A stretch of 16,562 nucleotides of DNA. Origin: Candidatus Binatia bacterium (lineage in GTDB: Bacteria; Desulfobacterota; Binatia; HRBIN30). Position numbers and translations under genes: made by a program. The notes beneath the pieces are model-generated. The model was given only the letters and a program-made list of their open reading frames with translations. It did no database searches and was not told the DNA's origin. Where the stretch lies: assembly GCA_038245295.1 (NCBI GenBank), contig JBBRSP010000055.1:1-16562 (forward strand). Direction: 5' to 3'. This document shows positions 16,267 to 16,562 of the stretch, one piece after another (the stretch's first letter is position 1; every line of letters starts with the position of its first letter).

Positions 16267-16562
16267 AAGCCATCGCTCCCGGGATGCTGCTTGCTGCCTC
16301 TCTGTCGCGTCGCCGGGCGTTTACCCGGCTTTGCACGGCAATTCAGATGCGAGGCCTTCGAGACGCCGCCAAACATCTTCCGAGACGGCACCAGGAGAAG
16401 GTGCCTCCTCAGGAGGCGGCTCCTGCCCATGAACCCTGGTTAGTCGGTTCTCATTCTGCTTTGAAAGTCTTCTGGGTGACTGCCTCCCATCGTGCCTAGA
16501 GCCCCGTCAGGCAGCATTCTTCGGCTCGATCATGACCGTGTATCCAAGCTCCGCAAGCCGTC

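Noticed and set aside
16267..16562. Short ORFs, hairpins (GGCACC/GGTGCC, CCTCCT-C-AGGAGG) and a possible gene start at ATG 16532
   Set aside because: No recognisable motifs and too little sequence before the window edge to support a call.

Overview
High-GC bacterial chromosomal window with 12 supportable coding regions plus one broken gene, and no rRNA, tRNA, CRISPR array or transposase. The gene mix suggests an uncultured deltaproteobacteria-like lineage, but that is only an impression. In order: a 5'-truncated zinc-binding anti-sigma factor carrying a dockerin-type EF-hand and a fused cohesin-like domain; a VIT/vWA lipoprotein; a 1050-aa AAA ATPase/TPR regulator; NADP isocitrate dehydrogenase (icd) with a cyanobacterial-type insertion; an internally deleted DUF1624/HGSNAT-like pseudogene; a GNAT acetyltransferase; a pseudo-receiver protein with a duplicated unknown N-terminal domain; a mini HIT-motif protein; DUF309; nagA; and a three-gene unit made of a secreted 24-Cys protein, DUF6502 and a DUF5666-type lipoprotein behind a TTGACA promoter with a palindromic operator-like site. 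The intergenic spaces hold four distinct palindromic repeat families: a heptamer-hairpin unit on both sides of the VIT gene, BoxC-like cruciforms, GTAG REPs (one split by a ~320-bp insertion) and nested CGTC REPs. The best candidates for undescribed biology are the anti-sigma/dockerin/cohesin-like + VIT-vWA module and the Cys-ladder/DUF6502/DUF5666 unit. All family assignments are by motif recognition, not database search.
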